From the NCBI RefSeq assembly GCF_000400465.1, contig NW_008806282.1:404659-436658 (forward strand): a stretch of 32,000 bases of DNA, in the 5' to 3' direction. The first letter of the stretch is position 1. Each line of letters starts with the position of its first letter. Shown here in pieces: positions 9,539 through 20,598 of the stretch. Origin of the DNA: Wallemia ichthyophaga EXF-994. Its lineage: Eukaryota > Fungi > Basidiomycota. A program made the position numbers and the translations under genes. The notes under the pieces were generated by a model that searched no databases, had not been told where the DNA came from, and was given only the letters and a program-made list of their open reading frames with translations.

Positions 9539-10754
9539 TTAATTCAACACACGTGCCAACTTTTGCACGGAATTGAGGAGGTTATCGCCCCCAGCTACGA
9601 CACCTTGATAGCTACCCACACGGGCATCTTTGCGACTGCTGACGACAACATTGGCCACGCTATCGAGTGTGCAGTTGAGACGACCGGCCGGGATAAGAGA
9701 GGAGAATTCCTTGTGAACGAAAGCGTCACTCACGCCGAAAGTGTTAGCGAGGTGAGAGATGTTGAGTGATTTGTACGACTCCAGTAATTGTCCATAAGCT
9801 CTAATACGTATTTCGCGCGAGTAGAACCGCGCATGACCACTCCAGTACCGAGAAGGAAGAAGATAGGTCTCCTCAACCCCCGCAAGCGATTTGAAGAGAA
9901 GGGCGTAGTTGCAATCGTATAAACTGTTAGCGAGATTCTTAATCAAGGCGTTGTTGTGCATCAATCCAACTACCTCCGGACTCTCTATAATGCGCTGCTT
10001 TAATTGCACTCTGTCCAATGTAAGGAGGGATACTATGACGGTGTAGATGATAAATTCGTCATACTCGAGAAGCTCGTAAGAGGTGAAAGTGGAGAGAGTA
10101 TCGAGGAATTGAGTGGTGGCTTTGTGGAAATCGCGCACCATGAGCGCATAAAGACCAACGTAGACTTTAAGACGATTACGTCTATCCCAGTCACCGCCTT
10201 GGTCAACGAGGGTTTGAGCAGCGGCGATGTGCTGGGTGATCAGACGGTGATCGTTGGTGAAAAGCCCCAGTCTGATAAGAAGCAGATTAAGATCAATCTT
10301 GTGACCGATACCGGCTGTTTTGTTGATTGCCTCGGTGATGGCTGGAATGGAAGCTGGTTTATCGCCAATACGCACGTAATGAACAGCGAGCTTGCGGAGG
10401 TTATCGCTGATTTCAGACTCGCCTTCTTCAGCTTGAGCTTTGGTGATAGCGTGGTGAATTTCATCGACTGTGCTTTGGTTGCGTGGCTGGTGGGTGCTTA
10501 CGAGTGCGTCTTTCTCGCTCTGTGGGAGGATGGAGGATGGGAGAGAGGCAGCAAAAGGGGCCATTTCTGGGAGTTCGAGTGAGTATTGTGAATAAGCCAC
10601 AGGAAATCAACTCACCGTCCCTATTTATCGCCTCAATCAGCGTCTTACGCGTAGAGTCATGGATATGGGCTAGAGATGGCTGCTGAAGTACAAATACACA
10701 CTGCGCAAGCGCCAGATTTGGTATCGCAGGTACAGCGTCGTTATCTAAAGACAT
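9539..10754 (-). CDS. RPN7: 26S proteasome lid subunit Rpn7 (PSMD6), PCI domain
   Basis: MSLDNDAVPAIPNLALAQ..IEAINRD, intron 10567-10615, then EMAPF..GDWDRRNRLKVY..FLDTLSTFTSYEL..YGQLLESY..GRLNCTLD..GDNLLNSVQKLARV. Upstream in-frame ATGs at 10796 and 10808 are possible. Confidence 0.95.
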
Positions 10755-10881
10755 GATGGGTGATGACGATGGGGAATTGGTTGTAAGGTGTGTCATGGCA
10801 GGGAACATATAAATTCCTTTAAAACCTTTGAAAACACTTAAAAACACCTGAAATACATTTTATCAAATACAAATACATCCC

Positions 10882-12151
10882 TTACCCACTCGATCCATCC
10901 AATGAAATTTTCTCATTCTTAGCATGTGTATCACTAAGGACATCACTGTCTCCACCGACATCGCACAACGTCAGCGTTGCTCTTTCACCTATCTTGACCC
11001 TCGTACAGACGATACAGTTGTCCAACTTTGCGCCATCTCTGATTACCACGTTATCCGCGATGATACTGCCGATAATCTTACACCCCTTCCCAATAACGAC
11101 ATTGTTGCCAATAATGCTCATCTTGATTAAAGACTTTTCACCAATTTTAACGTTGTCTGCGGTAATCACACTTTTTGCTGGCTTTTGCGTACGAAGAATC
11201 TCTCTATTCAGTTCAGCATAGGTACCGAGAGTATTTGCGCGAGCTATTAAGCCATCGTTGGGATTGTGGATGAAATACTGCACGCGTAGGCGATGTTCTG
11301 GGGAATTTGAACAAGACTGAGTTGTGGAGTGAGTGAGTGCATCGATAAATGGGTCCTGTGCAAGATGAAGGAGATGTGACCACTTATCACCTAGGCCTTT
11401 CTGATAGCTCCACTTGCAGAGCCATGGAAGCAGATCTTCTCTGATACTCGATATCTGTGGTCTCTGTATGAGTAAATCTAAGACACCCTTCCTTACAATG
11501 TAAACGTGAGCATCGAGGAGTTTAGTGGAGAGAGACAGATTAGGGAACTCCCAGAGCAATCTAGTCTTCAAATCGACACCATCTAAAGAGTCACTTGGTG
11601 GAATTAGTAGTGTGTTTGAAGATTTGTCGTGGATACAGGTGAAAGGAGCAGGACCTTCACGAGTACCGTAATCCAAGTGGTTATAGTATAACAAACAAGT
11701 GATTAGAGTGTTGTAATGAGATGTTTTGTGTTGTTGTAAAAGAGAAGACAGAGGTAAAGAGGGTGGAGGAATGATATCGCAAGGGAGAATGATGAAATCG
11801 GAGTTTATGAGGTGAGCAAAGTGCCTTAACCAATCAGCAGTCTCCCAGTTGACGCAGGTGTCGTCGTCTACGGAGTTGTAGTGGACAGAATGCGATTTGA
11901 GAAGAGGAGTGAGTTGATTAGAGAAAGAAGCCGGCGAAAGGACAAGGAGATCGTTGAGCTGTGACTGATGGCACCATTCAATCACGTAGCTTATAACTGC
12001 TTTGTTTCCAACGCTAACGACGGGCTTTGGGGTTGATTCAGTGAGAGGGAAGAGTCTGGAGTGGCTGATTAGAATGTTAATAGCCACTCTAATTCACCAC
12101 CCACTTCTGCCCAAATCCACACACAATAATCCCCTTGAATTGATTTGACAT
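10882..12151 (-). CDS. GCD1: Translation initiation factor eIF2B gamma subunit
   Basis: MSNQFKGIIVCGFGQK, intron 12056-12104 (GTGGGT), then LFPLTESTPKPVVSVGNK..DFIILPCD..LLDAHVY..SIREDLLPWL..RANTL..hexapeptide (LbH) repeats. Nucleotidyltransferase-like plus LbH domains without a W2 domain. Confidence 0.92.
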
Positions 12152-12176
12152 TTTTCTTGTTTCTTCTAACGTTAGA

Positions 12177-14924
12177 ATGCAACAGCCAGGATTAAAATTA
12201 TCGTGAGTTTGTTTATTATTTACTGACAACGACGCTTATAAATTTGTAGCTTCTCCCCTTCAAAAACATTCAAACCCATCCACACCCAGGGTTCTGTTGA
12301 TGTTAGTAGCGATGGCTGTTATCTGGCCACTACGCTAAACACGCAGGCTATTGTTTATAACCTCAGCACTAGTAATCTGATAGCAAAATCTAATTCTGAT
12401 GGAAATCACATTTCTACTCTCTGCTGGGCGGGTCAATTGCTTATAACGACTACAACCAACGCAATCACTATCCACTCACTGCACAACAACTCACTTTCAC
12501 CCACTCGCATCATCAACAAACCCCACGACTCCCCTATCCTCGTCTCCTCCGTTGAATCCTCCTCCAACGCCTTCCTCGCTACTGGCTCTGCAGACGGCGT
12601 CGTTAAGGTTTGGGATATCCACAGAGGCTACACCACCCACATCTTCAAAGGCCACGCTGGTCCTGTCTCTGCTCTCTGCTGGCGTCGTCAAGGCTCTTCT
12701 TTCCAGCTCATCACGGGCTCTACAGACACGCACATACGAATCTGGGATTTGAACCACCCAAACCACAACAAACCAAAGCACATTCTACAAGGCCATGTTT
12801 CTATTGTCCGTGGTTTGTCTCTCCTCGACAACAACACCCTTCTCTCCGGCGCTAGAGACCGCGTTGTACTCAAATGGGACATTTCATCCACACCCAAGCT
12901 AATGCGCACCTTCCCCACACTCAACGCCATTGAAGCCGTAGGTGTATTCCCCTCAAAAGACGCCTTCTTCACTGCTGGTGAGGCTGGTTTAAAGTCGTAT
13001 AATGTTGTCTCAGGCGAGCAGCAGCACGACTACGGTGGCGGAGTAGTCAAGTCGACACGAGTCGACAGCAACGACGATGACGATGATGGTACTGGTGGGC
13101 TAGCTACTGCGCACCTGGTCAATATACAATCAACCCCGCACATCATGTCGGTGGGGCACGACCAGCTAATCTCCTTCCACCCCCTTTCTTCCACTCCAGC
13201 TCCCCCTAGACACATCATTGGCTATCCCGACCAGATTATTGCCGCCGTCTATGTCTCCCCCACCGACATCGCCATCGCGACCAACGCGCCGCAGATCTTC
13301 ATCCTCAACAAACACACTCTCCCGTACACGCAGCAGATTCTTACCGGACACACAGACACAGTCCTTAGCTTAAAGGCGCTGCCGCAGCGTGGATTGCTCG
13401 TTAGTGGGAGCAAAGACGGCAGTGTGCGCGTATGGAAGAGGTATGCTGCCCAATTCCACTGTGTAGCTATAGCGAGTGGACACGGGGAATCGGTGGGTGC
13501 AGTGGCCATATCGCCCTGTGCGCGCTACCTGATCTCCGCAACGCAAGACCGAATCATCAAGCTGTGGGATCTGAGTGTGTTAGGTGGGGTAGTAGATGAG
13601 GTTAAGGAAGATGAGGGTGATAGTGCTGCGCCAACTTCAACAACCAACCCACATCTCCTCTCCTCATACACCACGCAGCGGATCCACGAGAAAGACATCA
13701 ACGCACTCGATATCTCCCCCGACAGTCGCTATCTTGCAACAGGATCCCAAGACCGTACAGCGAAATTGTTTGAGGTGACATTCGACCCGAGAGGGCAACG
13801 CGCGAGTGTGAATCTACGCGCTACACTCAAGGCACATAAGCGCGGTGTATGGGGGGTGCGATTTTCGCCCTATGACCGCCTTTTTGCTACTGCGGGCGGT
13901 GATCGCGCCGTTAAGGTTTGGTCACTACGCGATTTCTCCTGCATCAAGACACTTGAAGGACACACTAACAGTGTCTTGGATTTGGCCTTCTTGAGTAACG
14001 GCCAACAGATGCTCACTGCTGCCGCTGACGGCTTGCTTAAACTGTGGAACCTCCACACAGAGCAGTGTGTAGCGACGCTCGATGGACATGAGGATAAGGT
14101 GGGTGGGGTTGTGTAAAGCGGGTGATGTTATCACTCTCAGTCTCACTGTAAACTCACACTCACTTCAGGTTTGGGCACTCGACATCAGCCCCGATTCGAC
14201 AGAGTGCGTATCGGGTGGGGGTGACAGTTTGCTGACTTTCTGGGACGACGCCACGGAGACAGTCGAGGAAAGCCACGCGGCCGAGCGCGAAGAGGGTGTA
14301 ATTCAGACGGAGACACTTGCCAACCTTGTCGCTGTGAAGGACTACCAGAAAGCCATCTCACTCGCTATCAGCATGGACCAGCCGCGCAGGTTGTATCAGC
14401 TTTTCGAGACAGTGTGGCGGGAGGTAGGAGCGCGTGGCGAAACGAAAAATAGCTCCACTCTCGGCAGCAGCGTTGACGGCGCAGTGGGCGCACTTGACGC
14501 ACACGACCTTCGCAGACTACTGCTGCATGTGCGCACATGGAACGCTCACAATCGCTCATCTGCCGTTGCACAGGTGGTGTTGCACGTCGTGCTTAGGACG
14601 CACTCGGGTGCGGATATTCGCACGGCTTTTGACGTCGCAAGGAAGGAGGATGAGCAAAAGGGCCGCGATCCAGGGTACGATGCAGCTGGCGAGTTTGTCC
14701 CTCATACCGTTCCTACTACCCTCGGCGGCGAGAAGAAGGCGGCTGAGGAACACGCATCGCTCAAGGAGATCATCGAGGGCCTCCTCCCCTACACTCAGAG
14801 ACACCTCTCTCGCGCTGACAAACTCGTCACTGAGAGCTACGTCGTCGATTTCATTCTGCAGGAAATGGATGATGGGTTGGGGGATGTTGCGGATGTGGAT
14901 GTGGGTGAGATGGATGTGGATTAG
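12177..14924 (+). CDS. UTP13: U3 snoRNP/SSU processome WD40 protein Utp13 (TBL3)
   Basis: MQQPGLKLSF..DGCYLATTL, many WD repeats, HEKDINALDISPD, ATGSQDRTAK, HKRGVW, GHEDKVWAL, and a C-terminal Utp13 domain (WNAHNRSSAVAQ..LLPYTQRHLSR). Introns 12203-12249 and 14099-14168. Confidence 0.95.
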
Positions 14925-15221
14925 TCAGACATTACATTGGAATGGTTATATAGATATATTTATTGCACATATCAAGTTTAAAGGGTATAATTCTTCATTA
15001 CAATTGCTGCTACACGCGTGTTTTTTTTTTCTTTTTTTCTCAAATTGTACATCAAGAGAAGGCTTATACCAAGAAGAAAAATGCTATATCTTCACCTCAG
15101 ACAATCCGAGTAGATGGAATTCGAATTGCAAGTGTAAAAGTCTGATTTAAAAGGAATATCATTTATTTAAGGTACAATGTTGATGCAGTTGGTTCTACAA
15201 ATACAGGTGATGGGTGATAGC

Positions 15222-15644
15222 TTAAAGGTCTTGCGAGTCGATGCCCTCGCCCTTCTTGGTCTTGGATGGGAGGAGTTCCGTGTGGATGTTTGGAATAACA
15301 CCGCCTTGTGAGATGGTTACATGGCCAAGGAGCTTGTTGAGCTCATCGTCGTTTCTGATGGCCAATTGCAAGTGACGAGGGATGATACGCGATTTCTTGT
15401 TGTCGCGTGCAGCGTTACCAGCCAACTCGAGGATTTCTGCAGCGAGGTATTCCAACACAGCAGCCAAGTAGACAGGGGCACCAGCACCGATACGTTGGGC
15501 GTAGTTGCCATTCTTCAAGTGTCTGTGGATACGTCCGACTGGGAATTGGAGACCGGCCTTTGAGGAACGGGAGCGACCTCCGTCGATTGCGCCTGCCTTG
15601 CCGCCAGATTTACCGCCAGATTTGCCGCCGACTTGTTGAGACAT
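15222..15644 (-). CDS. HTA1: Histone H2A (140 aa, intronless, C-terminal SQDL)
   Basis: [74 protein letters not shown] at 15644. Confidence 0.98.
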   Translation of the reverse strand: MSQQVGGKSGGKSGGKAGAIDGGRSRSSKAGLQFPVGRIHRHLKNGNYAQRIGAGAPVYLAAVLEYLAAEILELAGNAARDNKKSRIIPRHLQLAIRNDDELNKLLGHVTISQGGVIPNIHTELLPSKTKKGEGIDSQDL

Positions 15645-16017
15645 GTTTTGATTTAATAAGTTGAGTGTCGAGAGAAGAAGGGAGCTGTTGCAGTATTTAT
15701 ACTCCACCGAGGAAATCAAAATCGACACGCGCTTCTGATTTTGGAAATTGATGGTTTGATCTAGAGTGGGTAGCAGGTGGAGGAGTGCGCGTAAAACTCT
15801 GAAAAGCACATGAAAAAAATCCTCATAAATCTGGCTAAATTTTGGTGTGCTTTTTACCCACTGTTACCCCCTTGATCACGGAGATCACTCAACATCAGGC
15901 CGGATTTAGAATTGACAAGAATGTTGAATCGCGTGACGTGAACAGTTTGGGCTTTGTATAAAATACGCGTTGACAATCCTGGTTAAATCCATCAACCATC
16001 TCATTTAATCCATAAAA
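15645..16017. promoter_or_regulatory. Shared bidirectional H2A/H2B promoter with MCB-like sites and a TATA-like box
   Basis: ACGCG 15727, CGCGTAAAA 15788, CGCGTGACGT 15930, ACGCGT 15965 and TATAAAA 15957 lie between the divergent histone ATGs. Confidence 0.6.
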
Positions 16018-16449
16018 ATGGCACCAAAATCAGCAGAAAAGAAGCCCGTCTCCACCGCTGGTAAAGCCCCAGCCTCTGCCACCAAGCAACCTCAAGAGGG
16101 TGGTAAGAAGACAGCTAAGGCTCCAAAGGCCGACGGGGGCGACAAGAAAAAGTCGAACAAGTCCCGCAAGGAAACATACTCGTCGTATATCTACAAGGTC
16201 CTTAAGCAAGTCCACCCAGACACTGGTATTTCCAACAAAGCCATGAGTGTCCTCAACTCGTTTGTCAACGACCTCTTCGAAAGAGTTGCTTCGGAAGCCT
16301 CCAAGCTCGCATCCTACAACAAGAAGTCTACCATCTCATCCAGAGAAATCCAAACCTCTGTCCGTCTTATCCTCCCTGGTGAACTTTCAAAGCACGCCAT
16401 CTCCGAAGGTACCAAGTCCGTTACCAAGTTCTCCTCATCCAAGGCTTAA
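16018..16449 (+). CDS. HTB1: Histone H2B (143 aa, intronless)
   Basis: [80 protein letters not shown]. Confidence 0.98.
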   Translation: MAPKSAEKKPVSTAGKAPASATKQPQEGGKKTAKAPKADGGDKKKSNKSRKETYSSYIYKVLKQVHPDTGISNKAMSVLNSFVNDLFERVASEASKLASYNKKSTISSREIQTSVRLILPGELSKHAISEGTKSVTKFSSSKA

Positions 16450-16641
16450 GCGTCTTGTACACTTTTTGTATTTATAAATTGTATTCACTTATTGCTCTTA
16501 CGCTATTGAACATGTTATTGTGAGACAATTAATGTCATTGGTAGAATTGGCATAGGTGACGGAATAGACTATTCAGCGTCCTTGTTGGTTTAAATAAGCA
16601 TTCCCTTGATGTATTCAACCCTCAGTCAACTTGATTCAATC

Positions 16642-16707
16642 TCCAAGCAATCCAAGCAATCCAAGCAATCCAACCAAGCGTTATCAAGCGTTATCAAGCG
16701 TTATCAA
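16642..16707. repeat. Compound tandem repeat (TCCAAGCAA)x3 plus (CAAGCGTTAT)x3
   Basis: 9-bp unit at 16642, 16651 and 16660; 10-bp unit at 16675, 16685 and 16695. It lies between the converging H2B and GCD6 3' ends. Confidence 0.95.
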
Positions 16708-16749
16708 TGTTTTTGCTGTATAATGCATTTCCATATATCGTACACGTGT

Positions 16750-19048
16750 TTACTCGCTCTCACTCTCCTCACTCTCGCTCTCCGCTTCGAGCAATGCCTC
16801 GATGAATCTTCTCGACTTATCCCACAACGACTTAATCCCTCCATCTGCCCTTGCCTGATCGAGTTTGTACCACGCGAAGAAGGCGTCCTCTGTAACGATT
16901 TCGTATTCGTAGAGAGCCCTCAACACGGCGAGGAAGATGTTTGCATGAGAAGCGTGGTGGATAGCGCAGAACTGCTGTGCTAATAGGACAGTGTGTGTCT
17001 GGTCCTCCTTGGTCATTTCGACGACGAGCGGCGCCCACCTGCCCAGCACATCTTCGACAGCCTTGTACGCCTGCACACCCTCACCAGCCTCCGTCTCCAC
17101 CTTGCTGAGACAGAAGTCTACTACCACCTTGCGCACCTCCCCGAGAGGCACATTAGACGCCATGCGTAGTGTCTTCAACTCGATCGCGGCGTTCTCGGAT
17201 GTGTGGCCCTCTTCGAATGCCCGCTCGAGGGACTGCGTGCACTCGTGGGCAAAGTCAGCCGCGGCGCCAACTTTGCCGGCGTTTTCGAGCGTAAGGTTGT
17301 CAGTGGCGTGGTGGAGCTCGTCGTCGTCCTCCTCACTCTCGTCGCTCTCGCCGCCTGAGATGGTCGAGAGGGACGACGTGGAGTGGGCGGCTGCCGTGCC
17401 AGCTGACATTCCTATGCGAGAGTAGCGCATACTCAGCGCGGCTTCTTCGTCGTCGTCGGAACTGTCAACATCTTCTACCTCCATGTCTACCTTGTCAGAT
17501 GGCCAGAGATAGGCCGTGGAGGATGGGCCGAGGATGGCGGCGCGTTTCTTGTCGAGATGGTTGGAGTGCTCTTCATCACTCCCATCATCCACACCATCCT
17601 CACTCCACCTCTCACTACCTACCCGCGTGTAGGGCGGCAGCGAGGTTCCTTTCAGCAGACGCACTCCATGGCCGACAAAGCAGCCGGTGTGGAGAGAGAC
17701 GTCATCCTCGATAACGACGCCATCAGCGACGATAGACTGGTAGATGCTGCAGCCACTGCCGATAGAGGTTTTGTTCCAGATGTACGAGTGGGAGAGTTGG
17801 GTGTTCTCCCCCACAGCCACACCCTGCCCCAGCACCGATCTGTCGAGTGTAGAGTGCGCCGCAACAGTGCAATGCGAGCCGAGCACCGAGCACACACCCA
17901 CACGCGCACTCTCAGCCACATCCACCCCCTGCTTCCCATAGTAGCGGTGTCCGCGGTGATGCAGGAGTCGGTCAGATCCAGGCATGCACTCGTCAGGCAC
18001 CATCGGATACGTCCAGCGAGAGATTATGTCCTGGCTGATGGCGTCGTATGAGCGGCTATCCATCACGCGCGCTGCATAACCCCCCTCCTCGTCTTCTATC
18101 GCGTGCACGTGGATCGTTTTGCCAAGAAGATCCGAGGTGAGGATCCCGTTAATAAAGTCGTGGCGCAGATCTTGATAGTCGAAGTTTTCAGTGAAAAGAA
18201 GGAGGACCTGAAGGGAGTGAGAGTGAGAAAGTGAGACAATACAATACACAAAAACTCACATCCACTGCACATATATCAATGTAGCAATCTGCGAGATCGT
18301 TTCTTATTTGCAGCTCACCAGCTTCGAGAGATTCTTCAGGGATGGAGATACGCTTGTGAGTGGCAGATTTGGTGGTGGATGGATGTGCTATAGTGGAGTA
18401 TGTGTGTAGTTGGTGATTCTCGGGACTAATAACAAAGACGGGTGATTCAGCTGGAGGTCTAAGCCTGTGACTAGCACCAACTCTCTTCACTACCATGGTC
18501 ATGATCGCGTCTTTATTCGACTTCCTTCGCTCCTTATGCTCAGCGACAACGCGGTGGATGTCCACCGTAGAAACGACGTCACCTGAGATAAGAACAAAGT
18601 CGGTGCGTATGAGCTGTTTAGCGTCTAGCTCTCTAATTGCGTCACCCGCGCTAACACTAGTGGTGGACACAATTGGAGTTACAGTGAGAGTGGAGTGAGC
18701 AGAAGAGAAGTGAGAGTTCCTTTAGGCGTGTTAGATGGGTGTACTGATACGCATATCACACCCACCTCAACCACTCCTTTATCTGATCAGCGTGTGTGCA
18801 AGTGAATAGGAACACATGTCCAATTCCAGCTGCAGCGAGGCTCTCCAAAGTCCAAGCTAGCATTGGAACATTTACTAGAGGTAGCAGACACTGTATATCG
18901 TTAGATAGGTCTACTAGTCGCTCCTGACGCCCACCCTCGGCTTGGTAGCTGTAAATGGCTTGAAACGTGAATTGAAGCTGTCTGCAAATACGACAGCCTG
19001 TAGTCCATTCTCCTCGTCGTCGTTATCCAATGGCTTATTTGGTGCCAT
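16750..19048 (-). CDS. GCD6: Translation initiation factor eIF2B epsilon (catalytic GEF) subunit
   Basis: LQAVVFADSFNSRFKPFT..KPRCLLPLVNVP..SAGDAIRELD..DFVLISGDVV..FTENFDYQ..LbH repeats..W2 domain (LRALYEYEIVTEDAFFAW). Three introns with donors at 18934, 18765 and about 18259. Confidence 0.96.
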
Positions 19049-19310
19049 TTTAGATTTTAAATTTTCTTCGAAGTTTTAAACCAAAAGGCGTTGTCTTCCC
19101 TCTTCAATGGCGACGTCCATGAGAGTGAGTGAATTGAGTATAGCGCAGTATACAACACCCACAGCACAAGGATGAAGTATAGCACTGGGCGCTGAATATC
19201 AATGAGCCGATAACGCTTAAGGGGGGCCTCAGAAACCCACCCGCGACTGAATGCAATTGGGTGTTGTGTGCTGTGTAGTGTATAGGAGAGTATACTGACA
19301 ACCATATTAG

Positions 19311-20546
19311 CTATTCTAACAGCTGTACTAATCTATTCCACTTTTCTATCATTGGTTTCACCACATTCTCAAATTCCGTGCCTTTCCTGTTGTACATACG
19401 TTGTAATTTGAATACCTCTCTATGTCTTTTACCGCACTGTGCACACTGTATTGACTCTCTACTGCTGTATTCTGCCAATTCTAGGTGTATTAACCCTGAA
19501 ACAGCCACGTCAGTCACAACACCCCAACAAACACTCCCACTCACTCTCCAATCTACTCACATGCTTACACACGAACCCTGGATCCGCTGCAAATGTCGTA
19601 TGTAGCCTAGATGTGCTTGAGACAGGTGAAGATGGAAAATATTCCCTCAACACCAACTCCTTATTACATTGCTTACTCCAATTATCGATCTTTCTATTGA
19701 TATTGTTTGTTCTTCCCACTTTGTACTCTGCGTGTCTTGCTGTTTGTGGCATGCTATACACATAAATCCATCCAGCTACATCTGCGTGACTGTTTATTGT
19801 GAGTAATTGAATAGAGGTATACCTTGTCACCCACGCTATAGGCTTCTCCATCGTAAGTCTCAATTGTATTTGAGTGAAGGTGGACAATCGTTGTTGTGGT
19901 ATCCAGACTTTTTGAGCATTAGAAACACACTATCAACACACTCAACCCACAATCAAACTCAATCCAAACCCCACGCTTATTGAAGAATCCCTTCTGTGTC
20001 AGTATATCCTTCCCATGCTGGTGACAGAATCGATGAAAATCTTCACCTGTCTCGACTTTATCCAGCTTGACACGCCGTGTGCATCTCTTTGCTTGTTTGG
20101 TAATTCCTTGGCTAAATATGGGTGTATTAGTGACAATCAATTTCCTCATTATCAACCCACCATTGCTCCGCGTGTGGTGCATCCGATGGTGACGTCGTGA
20201 ATCCTCTTTTGGAGGGAGAAGAAGCGGGAGAAGAGGCTTGGGTAGGATATGGAATCGTAGACGATACTTTGGCGCCATTTTTACCCCTAATTTCTAATAT
20301 TACCATAAGCATCAGCGTTACAATGAAGGAATAACAAACGCACGCTTTACACGCGTTTTTGAGCTTTGCCTGGGCTATTGGTTTACTCCCTGAGTGTGAT
20401 TTTGGATGCCTCGGTTGCGTTGATTGCTTTCTTGGTTGGCTCAACTGGCTCAACTTGGCTGGCTCTGTATCATCTGAATCGATACGAATTCTACCAAAGC
20501 CATGAAATATCTCGTGTAGCACTTTAATTGCTTTGTTTCCCTTCAT
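19311..20546 (-). CDS. T5orf172/MUG113-type (GIY-YIG-like) domain protein with an N-terminal C-x8-C..CxxH motif
   Basis: QCQGITKQAKRCTR..RFCHQH, then GWIYVY..YKVGRTNN..WSKQC..RLERLIHLEL..CAQCGKRHREVF..W. Four introns (GTGCGT, GTGGGT x2, GTGAGT). Confidence 0.85.
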
Positions 20547-20598
20547 TTCACTCTTTAAATGGCCAAATCGTGTTCAAGGTGAACCGTCAACAGCCAAC

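Noticed and set aside
10004-10582. 192-aa plus-strand ORF, and similar long antisense ORFs over UTP13, GCD6 and H2A (e.g. 14434-15150, 16991-17425, 17557-18051)
   Set aside because: They are shadow frames of conserved genes caused by codon bias, with no independent coding signal.
12164-12177. The palindrome as a heat-shock element (TTC..GAA)
   Set aside because: The TTC-to-GAA spacing is 8 nt, out of phase with nGAAn pentamer arrays.
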